A stretch of 64,000 nucleotides of DNA from positions 13,391,259 through 13,455,258 of the forward strand of contig NC_083409.1 of the NCBI RefSeq assembly GCF_020745735.1. The letters run 5' to 3'. The first letter of the stretch is position 1, and every line of letters starts with the position of its first letter. Below the pieces are notes generated by a model. The model searched no databases and was not told the DNA's origin. It was given only the letters and a program-made list of their open reading frames with translations. This document shows positions 20,750 to 32,149 of the stretch, in pieces. Both the position numbers and the translations under genes were made by a program. Source of the stretch: Hemiscyllium ocellatum (lineage: Eukaryota).

Positions 20750-23290
20750 TTCAATTAATACGTTTCCATATTGATGAATAGTCTCCCAAACAGTGAAGCT
20801 AGGAGCAGGAGTAGCCCTTGGAGCTTGTTCCGCCATTCAATATGACAATGGCTGATCATCCACCACAATCGCCTGTTCCCACTTTGTCCCCGTAACCTTT
20901 GAACCCTTCTACCTTGAGAACTATATCGTGCCCTTTCTCGAAAGCATTCAGTGGTTTGAGCTCAATTTCTTTCAATGTCAGAAACTTCCACAGGCTTCCC
21001 ATTCACTGAATGAAAACATTTCTCTCCATCTCAGCCCTACATGGCCTTTCCCATATCCTTAAATTGTAATCCTTGGTTCTGGACTCCCCAGACATCAGGA
21101 ACATCCTGCCTTATCCTGTTAGGATTTTCGATTTTTCAATGTGACCCCCCTCAATCTTCTAACCTCCAGTGAATATAATCCTAACCAATCCAATTTCTCC
21201 TCAGGTCTAAGTGCTGTCCTCCCAGGAATCAGTCTGGTAAACCCTCGCTGCCCTCCCTCCACAGCCAGAACATTCTTCCTCAGATAAGGAGACCAAAACT
21301 GCACACAACAGAATCATAAAATCAACAGTACAGAAGAGGCCCTTCAGCCCATTAACTGTGTACCCAGCCAAACTACACTCAACCTGCACCAGTCCCACTT
21401 TCCAACACAAGGCCGATAGCTTTAAATGTTACGAAATTTCAAGTGTTCATCCAAGTAGTTTAAAAAGGTTGAGAGATTTGCCACCTCATCTACCATCCCA
21501 GGCAGTGCAAACCAGACCCCCAAGACCCTCTGAATGAAAACCTGCTCTTCAAATCCCCTCTAAAGCTCCTGTCTTTCACAGTGAATGTGTGCCAACTCGG
21601 AGTAAGGGGAAAAGCTGCTTTCTATTCATTCTGCCCATTCCCTTCATACCCTTATGCACCTCTATCAGGTCCCCATTCCACCTTCTCTGCTTCAAAGAAA
21701 ACAACCCGAGTTTATCCAGCCTCTCTTCATCGCTGAAATGCTTCATCCCAAGCAACATCCTGGTGATTATTCTCTGCATCCCCTCCAGTACAATCCTATC
21801 CTTCCGATCGCGTGATGACCAGAACTGCACACAGTACTCCAGCTGTGGCGTAACCAAAGTTCTGTACAGCTCCAACATCTCTTCCCTGGTCTTCTCATCT
21901 ATACCTGAAATGATAAAGGCAAGTGTTCTGTCTACCTTCATAAATACCTTGTTGACCTGTTATATCTTCCAAAGTTCATCACCTCACAGTTATCAGGGGT
22001 AAGTTCTATCTGACTCTGATCTGCCCATCGGACCGATCCAGTTAGATCTTCCTGTAACCTAAGACCTTCTTCCTCACTGTCAACCATCTGCCAAACCTTG
22101 TGTCATCTACAAATTCAGTCATCATCCACTCACCCCCACCCCTCACCTCTCACATTCTCATCTTCATTGTTTCAATACATCCTGAACAATAAGGGACCCA
22201 GCACTGATCCCTGTGGTATCCCACTGCACACTGGACCCAATCACACAAACAACTTTCTGCCTCCACCCACTGTCTCCTGTCTCTGAACCAGTTTTGGTTT
22301 GGATATTCCAGGTGTGGTCTCACTAAGACCCCATACAATTACAGCAAGACATCCCCGATCCTGTACTCAAATCCTCTCACTATGAAGGTAACATATCAGT
22401 TACCTTCTTCACTGCCTGCAGCACCTGCACGCTGACTTTCAGTGACTGGTATACACGGACACCCAGATCTTATTGCATCTCCCCATTCCCAATCTATCAC
22501 CATTCAGATAATAATCTGCTTCCAATTTTTGCTACTAAACTGGGTAACCTCACATTTAACTTCATTGTATTTCATCTGCCATCACTCAACATCTCCAAAT
22601 CACACTGAGGTATCTCTGCATCCTCCTCACAGCTCCCCCTTCCACCCAGCTTTGTGTCATCTGCAAACTTGGAGATATTACTCTTAAGTTCCCTCATCTA
22701 AACCATGAACAAATATCGTGAATAGCTGGATCCAGGCCTGTGGTACCCTTTCAGAAAAGAGGCCAGTTTATTTTTACTCTTTGTTTCCAGCCTGCCAACC
22801 AGTTCTCTATCCATGTCAGTACACTGCCCCCAGTCCCAGGAGTCTTAATTTTTTACGCTCTCTTCTGTGGGACTTATTAAAAACCTTGTAAAATTTCCAA
22901 ATGTACTATGTCAATTGCCTCCTTCTTGTCAAATTTGCTCTTTGCAGACTCAAGCAATTCCAGTCAATTTGTTAAGCATGATTTCCCTTTCCACAAACCA
23001 TGCTGACTCTGTCTAATCCTGTCACTGTCTTTCAGTGATTAAATCTTTCATAATAGACTCGAGTATTTTCAGGCTGATTGGTCTAAGTTGTCCAGTTTCT
23101 CTCTCCCTTCCATTTTAAATAGTGATGTTACATTAGCAACTCTCCAGTCAGTGGGGATTATCCCAGAATGTATAGAATCTTGAACATCAATGTTTCCAAA
23201 CATTTTGGGCATTTCCTGAAGTAATCTGAGGTGTAGACTATTGGATCCTGTGGATTTATTTGAATTTAATCCCATAAATTTTCCAAAACC
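20750..23290 (-). mobile_element. Stacked CR1-type LINE fragments
   Basis: LELYRTLVTPQLEYCVQFWS and LFSLKQRRWNGDLIEV motifs on the minus strand. Confidence 0.85.
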
Positions 23291-23342
23291 ATTTCGTGAA
23301 TAAAACTAGTTTTCTTCAGTGCTGCTATCAGTCTACACCCTG

Positions 23343-23636
23343 TCATCCCAAAATGTTTAGAACGTATTTGAGTTTTCCATTGTATACAAAGATCCAGAAT
23401 GCAGCAAATGCAGAAATTTCCTTTGCGCGTGTTGTCAGTGGTACTTTTAACAAATCACTTTTGGATAAGAATGACACACTACCTACCCTATCAATGCAAT
23501 CTCCTGGCCTGGGAATAGGGTACAAATCCATCTTTGTGACTACATTCACTTTCCAACTGTCTACACAGAATCTAATTGAAACATTTGGTTTCAGAACCAA
23601 CACTACAAGAGAACTCCAATTACTCTTACAGTGCAA
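23343..23636 (-). mobile_element. Ty3/gypsy reverse-transcriptase fragment
   Basis: SNWSSLVVLVLKPNVSIRFCVDSWKVNVVTKMDLYPIPRPGDCIDRVG...SKSDLLK resembles gypsy RT motifs 1-3. Confidence 0.85.
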
Positions 23637-23929
23637 TCAGGGTACCCTGTCCAGTTTATGATCAGTAATTTGCGGATTTTTAGATGGTTTGAATCTAGCC
23701 CAGATCCCTGGTTCTGCTGCTGGATTTACATAAAAATGTCAAATGAAGAGGGCAGTAGATGGGTGTTTCAGGGCAAAGGAATCTCTGGGTTTATTCAATA
23801 CAAAAGGTAAGTATAATACAGGAGCAAATGTAAATGTAATAAACAGTGAAATTACCAGTATCCATTATACAGAGAACAGTAATTAAATACACTATCAAAT
23901 TAAACACTGGTTATACACTACTAGGAGCT

Positions 23930-24330
23930 AGAGTGGAAAAGTGTTGCCCTGGAAAAGCACAGCAGGTCAGGCAGCATCTGAGGGACAGGAGAATCGATGT
24001 TTCGGGCATCAGCTCTTCATCGTGAAGGTTGTGGGAGTGGAATGGGGCTGAGAGATCAATAGGAAGGTGGGGCAGGGGGTGGAGGAAAGTAGCTGGGAAG
24101 GAGATAGGTAGATGCAGGTGGGGGGGAGGTGATAGTGATAGTTCAGAAGGGATGGTGGAGCAGATAGGTGGGATGGATGATGGATAGATTTGGAAGGTTC
24201 AAGAGGGTGGTGTCCAGTTGGAGGATTGGATATTCGTTGGGGGGTGGGGAGGGGAGATAACGAAACTAGTGAAAACAACATTGATGTCGTGTGGTTGGGG
24301 CGTCCCAAGGTGGAAAGTGAGGCATTCTTC
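23930..24330 (-). mobile_element. Penelope-like element 3' remnant
   Basis: Reverse complement of the gatgaag(a/g)gc...cccgaaac...gatgctgcctgacctgctgtgcttttccag terminal motif, plus a purine-rich arm. Confidence 0.65.
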
Positions 24331-24344
24331 TTCCAGACATAGTA

Positions 24345-24830
24345 TCTCAGTGGTTAGCACTGCTGCCTCACAGCACTAGGGACCCAGGTTCGATTCCAGC
24401 CCTCGGCAACTGTCTGTGTGGAGGTTGCACGTTCTCCCCATGTCCGGGTTTTCTCCGGGTGCTCTGGGTGCATAGTCCAAAGATGTGCAGGTCAGGTGAA
24501 TGGGCCGTTCTAAATTGCCCGCAGTGTTAGGTACATTAGTCAGAGTGATATGGGTCTCATTGGGTTACTCTTCAGAGGATCGGTACGAACTGGTTGGGTC
24601 GAAGGGCCTGTTTTCAATTTCTAGGGAACCTAATCTAATCAGAATGTGTAGGTTAGCTGAATTGGCCATACTAAATTGTCATAGTGTTATGTGCATTAGT
24701 CAGGGGTAAATATTAGGTAGGGGAGAGGGTCTGGGTGGGGTTACTCTTCGGAGGGTTGGTATGGACATGTTGGGATGAAGGGCCTGTTTCCATACTGTAG
24801 AGAATCTAATCTAATCTGATCAGATTTTGG
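24345..24830 (+). mobile_element. tRNA-derived SINE (HE1-like) with duplicated 3' half
   Basis: A box tctcagtggttagc and perfect B box GGTTCGATTCC (24387-24397); the tail segment is repeated at about 24640-24830. Confidence 0.8.
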
Positions 24831-24839
24831 GTAGCTTGG

Positions 24840-25493
24840 AGTTGGCAGTGGAGGAGGCCCCGGACTTGTATGTCCTTGGCAGAGTTGGAGGGGGATTTGA
24901 AGTGTCCGGCCACAGGGTGGTGGGGTTGTTTGGTGCATGTGTCCCAGAAATGTTCCGCAAGTCGTCCTTCCCAACATGTCTGATGAAGGGCTTCTGCCCA
25001 AAACATTGATTCTCCTACTCCCCGGATGCTGCCTGACCTGCTGCGCTTTTCCAGAGCCTCACTTTCCGACTCTGACCTCCAGCATCTGCAGTCCTCACTT
25101 TCTACTATTCGAAGCAAAACAGTTTGAGTCACACAAACTTTAATCAGGCTCCCTACCCTTGGGTCCCAATGCACTGCCACCACCCACCATCCCCTCCCTG
25201 CGAGCTCAGAGGGAAACTTTGGGGTCTCAGGGTTTTCAGCTCAGCATCGAGGAAAATACAGGTTTAATATGTGTCCTGTTGGTGAGGTTCTCGCTGTCGG
25301 TTCTCTTGGCTCAGGACAGGTCTGTGAGAAAGTGAGGACGGCAGATGCTGGAGATCAGGGTTGAGAGTGTTGTGCTGGAAAAGCACAGCAGGTCAGGCAG
25401 CATCCGAGGAGCAGGAGAATCAACGTTTTGGGCATAAGCCCTTCATCAAGAATAAGGCCTATGGGCTGAGAGCTGAGAGATAAATGGCTGTGG

Positions 25494-25529
<36 letters not shown>

Positions 25530-25570
25530 GCGGTGGAGAGTGGAGGTAAGACTGGGGCGAAGGAATCTGG
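24840..25570. mobile_element. Penelope-like fragments in opposite orientations, including a G34 run
   Basis: Terminal motif on + at 24979-25105 and on - at 25330-25460; poly-G 25495-25528. Confidence 0.6.
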
Positions 25571-26219
25571 GAATGTGTTCAGAACAGGCCTGACTCTGGA
25601 AGCTTTTGTTCAGATAGCGTTTGGTTGGTGTTCCTGCTCTCGGGTGTCCTTTGTTGCGATGATGCTCTTGGTTTGATTTCTGGATTCGGCTTCTCTGTTC
25701 AGCCTCTGTAGTTCTTGGTTCTGAAGCTGCTTGTTGGGGCTTGCTGAAGCTGTTCCTGCAGAAACTTGTTGTTGAAAAGGCTCATCCTCAGATTAGGGCT
25801 GGCTGTTACACAGGCTGGGTGTCCCTTTATCTCCCCTCAGATCTGTATTGTCCAATGTGTTTCTGGTGTTCCCTTTAGGGTCAGTTGGCTTCCTGACAGT
25901 TAAGAGTATGGATGAATGTATCTTGATTGATGTTGAATGCCCAATATCCCTGTGAGTAAGTATTGATTGTGTTGAATGTCCAGTATCTGTACAGGTTCCA
26001 AAATGTCTGTGTTGTAAAAGTGAGGTTCAGTCTGGAGAATGAGTTCTGGTTGGTGCTCTTTAAGGGTTGAGGTGTGAACTGGAATTCCAGGCAGAACAAT
26101 GGTTCCAGGCAGCCATCTCCGTGTCTCTGTGTTTTTCCCAGAGCTCAGCCCAGCTGTCTCTTTATTTTTAAAAGGTTTTTAAAAATCCAGGGTTTTAGAG
26201 AATAGGGAATTTTGCTCAA

Positions 26220-27130
26220 TCCTACACGGGAGAACTCCAATTACTCTGACAGTTCAGTCAATTGATTTTCCAACAAACATTGAGCTTCCTTTGTCACTTT
26301 GGCCAGTTTCTCTGGGTTTAGCCAAAATGGGTTTTGTTTTATTGGGTCTGAATTATCTATCTCCACATCATGTTCAATTAATGTGGTGCATCCAAGTGTA
26401 TCTTTTAAAGACCATGTATCAGTGCAGAATGTGGCCAAACAGTCCACCAAGTCCACTCTGCCATTCTATCATAGTTGATTTGTTTGTCAACCCCATTCTC
26501 CTGCCTTCTCTGTTACCCTTGATTGGTTTACCAATCAAGAACCTATCTATCTATACACTCAATGACTTGCCCTCCACAGCACTCTGCAGCAATGATTAAT
26601 CCACAGATTAACCACTCTCTGGATGAAAAATCTCCTCCTCATCTCAGTTCCAAAGGATGGCCCCTTCTGGGGCTGTGCCCTCTGGTCCCAGTCTCTCTGC
26701 CAAGTGGAAACATCGTCTCCATGTCTACTCTATCCAGGCCTCTCAGTATACTGTATGTTTCACTGAGATTTTCACTCATCCTTCTCAACTCCATCGAATA
26801 CTGATCGAGTACAGACCTCAACCACTCCTCAGACAAACTTCTTTGTATTCTCTGAGCAATCTCCCTCTGTCCCTCTGTTAATCTTTCTCCAGATACAAAA
26901 ATGCAGTATCTGAATTCTCTAATGCCTCTGAGTCTGTTCACCTCACAGGAGAAAGTTCACTTTGAGAATTGACCAATTCTCTTTGGCTCTCAAACTTTTT
27001 CTCATCCCCTTTCTGCTACACTCAGTGCTGGACACACCTCTACACGACTGAATGGTTCCTCAAAAACTGGGAGAGGAATTAAGGATGCTGCTTTCATAAT
27101 GTGTGGAGGTTGACCTACAACTTGACAAGT
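26220..27130 (-). mobile_element. Ty3/gypsy pol fragments (integrase start, linker, pre-RT) interrupted by a CR1 piece (about 26490-26875)
   Basis: TCQVVGQPPHIMKAASLIPLPVFEEPFSRV (27130 downward) and LGCTTLIEHDVEI...PIKQNPFWLNPEKL...LLENQL (26456-26241). Confidence 0.8.
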
Positions 27131-27140
27131 TTTTTTTTAA

Positions 27141-29220
27141 TGTATTCATTTTGTGGAATGTGAGCATCGCTGGCTGGCCAGCATTTATTGCTCATCCCTA
27201 GTTGCCCTTGAGAAGGCCCTTGAGCTATTCTTGAACTGCTGCAGTACACCTGCTGTGGGTTGACCAACAACACCATTAGGGAGGGAATTCCAGGATCTGG
27301 AGCCAGCAACAGTGAAGGGACACAATACATTTTCAAGTCAAGATGGCTTGGAGGGGAACTTGAAGGTAATGGTGTTCTCATATATCTGGTGCCCTTGTCC
27401 TTCCAGATGGAAATGGTTGTGTTTGGAAGGTGCTGTCTGAGGATCTTTGGTGAATTTCTGCAGTGCATCTTGTAGATAGTGCACACTGCTGCTGCTGAAT
27501 GTCGGCGGTAGAGGGCAAGGTTACATGTGGATGCTGTGCCTATCAAGCGGCTGCTTTGCCCTGAATGGTGTTCAGCTTCTTGAGTGTTGTTGGGGCTTCA
27601 CCAATCCAGGCAAGTGGGGAGTATTCCATCACATTCCTGACTTGTGCCTTGTAGATTGTGGCCAGGCTTTCAGGAGACAAGAGGTGAGGTACTTGCTGCA
27701 GTATTCTTAGCCTCTGACCTGCTTTTGTAGCCACTGTGTTTATTTGGTGAGTTTCAGCTGGCTATCAACTCCCAGGATGTTGATAGTGGGGGACGCATTG
27801 ATGGTAACACCACAGAATGTCAAGGGACACTGGTTAGATTGTTTCTTAAGGAAGGGGCCATCCTTTGGAACTGAGATAAGGAGGAGATTTTTCATCCAGA
27901 GAGTGGTTAATCTGTGGATTAATCATTGCTGCAGAGTGCTGTGGAGGGCAAGTCATTGAGTGTATAGATAGATAGTTTCTTGATTGGTAAACCAATCAAG
28001 GGTAACAGAGAAGGCAGGAGAATGGGGTTGACAAACAAATCAACTATGATAGAATGGCAGAGTGGACTTGAAGAACTGTTTGGCCACATTGTTATTGGTG
28101 ACAGTCAGAGTCTAGCATTTGTATGGCATGAAAGTTATTTATCACTTTTCAGCCCAAGCCTGGATATTATCCAGATCTTATTGCATTTGAACTTGGATTG
28201 CTCCAATCTCTGAGGAGTTGGAAATGGTGCTGAACATCGTGCAATCATCAGTGAACATCACCCCTTCTGACCTTGTGGAGGGAAAGTCATTGATGAAGCA
28301 GCTGAAGATAGTTGGGCGAAGGAGACAACCCTGAGGAGCTCCTCCAGAGATGTCCTGGAGCTGAGATGACTGACCTCTAACAATCATGACCATCTTCCTA
28401 TGTGTCAGGTATGGCTCTAAATACAAAAGATTTTGCCAATGATACCCAGTGATTCCAGTTTTGTTAGGACCTCGAACCATTTGTTGACATCATGTGGGGT
28501 GAATCGAATTGGCTGAAGACTTTTATCTGTAATGCTGGAGACCACTGGAGGAGGCCAAGATGGATCATCCACTTGGCACCTCTGGTTGAAGATTGCTGCA
28601 AAAGCTTCAGCTTTATCTTTTGCACTGCTGTGCTGGGCTCTTCCATCATTGGGGATGTGGATATTTGTGGAGACTCCTCCTCCAGTGAGATGTTTAATCA
28701 TCCAACACCACTCATGACAAGATGTTTCAGGACTGCAGTGCTTAGACCTGATCCGTTGGTTATGGAATTCTTTAATTCTGTCTATCATTTGCTGCTTATG
28801 CTGTTTGGTATGCAAGGAGTCTTCTTTCGTGGCTTCGCCAGGTTAATACCTCATCTTAATGCATGCCTCGTGCTGTTCCTGGCATGCCCTCCTGAATTCT
28901 CCATTGTTGGTCCCCTGGTTTGATGGTAATGGTTGAGTGGGGGATACGCCGGGCTGTTATGTTTCAGATTGTGCTGGAGCAGAATTCTGCTGCTGTTGAT
29001 GGCCCACAGTGCCTCATGGATGCCCAGTCATGAGTTGTGAGATTGGTTGTAAGTCCGTCCCAGTTAGCGTGTTGATAGTGTCACACAACATGATGGATGC
29101 TATTCTCAGTGGAAGGCAGGAGTTGGCTTTCAAAAAGACTGTGCGACACTCACTCTGACTGATACTGCATAGGACAGATGCATCTGCAGCTGGCGGATTC
29201 CGCCAGCTGCAGTATGACAT
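27141..29220 (-). mobile_element. Second LINE family (CR1/L2 superfamily) composite insertion flanked by TTTTTTTTAA
   Basis: RT-tail motif KAGQRLRILQQ...IYKAQVRNVMEYSPLAW; 10-bp duplication at 27131-27140 and 29221-29230; nested CR1 piece at about 27850-28080. Confidence 0.75.
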
Positions 29221-29230
29221 TTTTTTTTAA

Positions 29231-29830
29231 ACTGCACCACATATTTAAACAATTTTTGCTCAGTAAAACACATGATTCAGGATGCCTGTGTTTTCCAAAT
29301 CACTATGGTCCTCTCATGGAAATCTGATGTGCTCCCCACAATATCTCCCTATGATAGCTGGGTGGGACCACCAGCCAATGTCTAACCGACCATTCTGCAT
29401 CTGTGGGTCCATGGTGGGGGTGGGGGGGAGGTCTCCACTTCCTCATCAGCGCTCCATTCTGAAGGTAATAATACCCTGAAACCCCTCCAGCCACGACCTC
29501 AGTATGAGCTGACTGTGTTCATTTAGTTCATTTAGGATCTGCTTCTTGGATCTGCTGTAATTAGGGACATCATACCAAACACTCCACCTGGATTATCTTC
29601 ACCCTTTTGGAATGTTTCAGCGATCCTTTCACTTGCTGTGGTGTCACATCAACCCTTATTGATGGATTTTGTTTAACCATTGCCCTGGTTACCTCACATG
29701 AAGGAGAGAGACCAGGAACCTGTTCCTGTCATTGTTCTGTTTCTTGGATCTCCTTTGGACATTCTGTAATTATTGGGGAAGCTACTGCCTTTAGTCCTGA
29801 CAAACTATTCTCTAGAAGGAAATCGACTCC
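29231..29830 (-). mobile_element. Ty3/gypsy integrase zinc-binding region and upstream pol remnant
   Basis: LMRKWRPP...DAEWSVRHWLVVPPSYHREILWGAH resembles the H2C2-proximal gypsy integrase region. Confidence 0.75.
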
Positions 29831-30983
29831 CTCAACAGGGAATATTTTCCCCACTCCGACAATCCCAGGCAACATCCTGGTGAATCTCCTCTACACCCTC
29901 TCCAGTCCAATCACAACCTTCTCACAGTGTAATGACCAGCACGATACACAATATTTCAGATATGACCTAATCAATGCTCTGTAAAATAACAACGAGACTT
30001 CTTTGTTCCTATATTCTACACCCTGGCTAGTAATGGCAAGCATCCCATATGCCTCCTTCAGCACCCTGCCTAGCAGTGCTGATACCTTCCGGGATTGATG
30101 GACTTGTACACCAAAGTCCCTTTGTTCCTCACTACTCCCAAGGAACATAAGAACAGAAGAACTAGGAGCAGGAGTGGGCATTCTGGCCCTTCAGGCCTGC
30201 TCTGCCATTCAATAAGATCATGGCTCATCATTTCATGGACTCAGCTCCCCTTACCCACGATCTCACTGTAACTCTTAATTCCTTTCCTGTTCAAAAAAAA
30301 TCTTAGCTTTGAAAACGTTTACTGAAGTAGCATCGACTACTTCATTGGACAAGGAATTCCAGAGATTTATGACCTCTGGGTGAAGAAGTTCCTTCTCAAT
30401 TTGGTCCTAAAACTGCTCCCCCTAATTTTGAGACTCTGTCCTCTTGTTTTAGTTTCACCTCCCAGTGGAAACGTCCTATGTCTTATCTATTCTCTTCATA
30501 ATTTTATATGTTTCTATAAGATCCCCCACCGCCCTCATTCTTCTAAGTTCCAATGAATGTATCCCAGTCTACTCAGTTTCTCCTCTCACAGGTCAACCCT
30601 CTCAACCCCAGAATCAACCTAGTGAACCTTCTCTGCACCCCTTTGTGTGCCAGTACACCCTTCCACAAGTAAGGAGACCATAACTGCACGCAGTACTCCA
30701 GGTGTGGCCTCACCAGCACCCTGTACAGCTGCAACATAACCTCTCTGCTTTTTAAACTCAATCCCTTTTGCAATGAAGGACAAAATTCCATTTGCCCTCC
30801 TAATTACTTGTTGTGCCTGCAGATCAGCCCTCTGTGATCCATGCACAAGGACACCCAAGGCATATACCTTGCATTTTGTATATAACTCCCTTATCAGACC
30901 TCCCAAATTGGATCACCTCGTAATTATCAGGATTAAATTCCATCTGCCATTGATCTGCCCAATTTACCAGCTGATCAATATCA

Positions 30984-31742
30984 GACTGTAGCCTGAGACC
31001 CGGTAATCCAAGATGGCAGCAGAGTAGGACTCTTCAAACCGAGTTCACCTGCTCCAACTGTTTCCTTTTCCTGTTTTTCTTCAATCTTTTTTTCTTTTCT
31101 TTTGTGTTTTTCTTTTGTCCTTGTTTCATCTTTTCTCTCCCAGCCACAGACTCGCGGCCTCAGACACCTGGTCTCTGACCAGTGCAACCCAGTGATATGG
31201 CCTCTCAGCTTTGTGTGGCAGTGTCCTGGCCTGGCAGGGAGACATCCCAGCCCAGAAAGGCAGACTCTCGGTATGACATAGAGGCCTCTCAGTTTAATGT
31301 GGTGGCCTCTCAGCCCAGCATGCTGGACTGTCAGCCCAGCGTGATGGACTCTCAGCCTAGCATGGCCATCTCTCAGTGGCCCAGTGTGGTTGTCTCTAGC
31401 CCACAGGGTGATCTTTTGCTGTATTTGGTGTTCTCTCAGCCCAGCACGGCCTCAGCATGGACTTCTGGTCTCAGGGTAACGACTCGCAGTATGATCCCAT
31501 GGTAGCTAAGTGCTTAGGAAAGACTAATGATTGAACTTTCAGATTTGTTACTTTATTTTCTTCTTAAAATTAATCTGTAATGGGTATCTTTTAACTTTAT
31601 TCTTTCTTTCTATCTTGTTCTTAAGATTCTGTACCTAGGTCCTTGTACGTAAGATGGTACCTTGTGATGCGACAATACATACTTTTCACTGCACTCCTAT
31701 ACTTTTGTGCTTGAACACTTGTGACAATAAAATAAAAATCAA
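30984..31742 (+). mobile_element. Non-autonomous retroposon with 10-bp target-site duplication
   Basis: ATCAATATCA at 30974-30983 and 31743-31752; YY1-type CAAGATGGC 31009-31017; about 21-bp degenerate tandem array 31200-31460; AATAAA + (TCAAA)n tail. Confidence 0.7.
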
Positions 31743-32149
31743 ATCAATATCAACAACACCACCAATTTATGTGGCATCTGAAAGCTTTCTAATTATGCAA
31801 TCACAATCAATTTGTTAATGTACATTACAAACAGAAAGGGTCCCAGCCCCAATCCTTGTCTTACACCACTGATCACAGGCTTCCAATCACAAAGACAACC
31901 CTCCATCATGCTTTGTATTTCGAATAGTCCACTTTCTCCCTATCCTTCTCACTCACACTCTCAACTGATTACCCAGACATCGTGGCAGGTCACCGTGTTT
32001 GAGGAGAAATTGACTCAAAATTGAATCAACTGTTGATATTTCATGTGGATATTCAATTAAACAACAAGTATGTTTACATTGGAATTATTACATGATAAAT
32101 GCATAATAATTGGACAGACTAATGTCTTAAACTTTGTGGCATTTGAGGA

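Larger units (their letters stand above)
16300..21970. repeat. V-upstream segmental module, copy 1
   Basis: Same ordered series as copies 2 and 3: CR1 fragment, CT tract, unique 16.84-17.3 kb element, 43-bp minisatellite, EICE block, LINE fragments with shared junctions. Confidence 0.85.

Noticed and set aside
24345-24430. tRNA gene
   Set aside because: A and B boxes belong to a SINE head that continues into the shared SINE body; no cloverleaf is supported.
31182-31505. SQPS-repeat ORF as a mucin-like protein
   Set aside because: Arises from the 21-bp tandem array inside a TSD-flanked retroposon; no splice or gene context.
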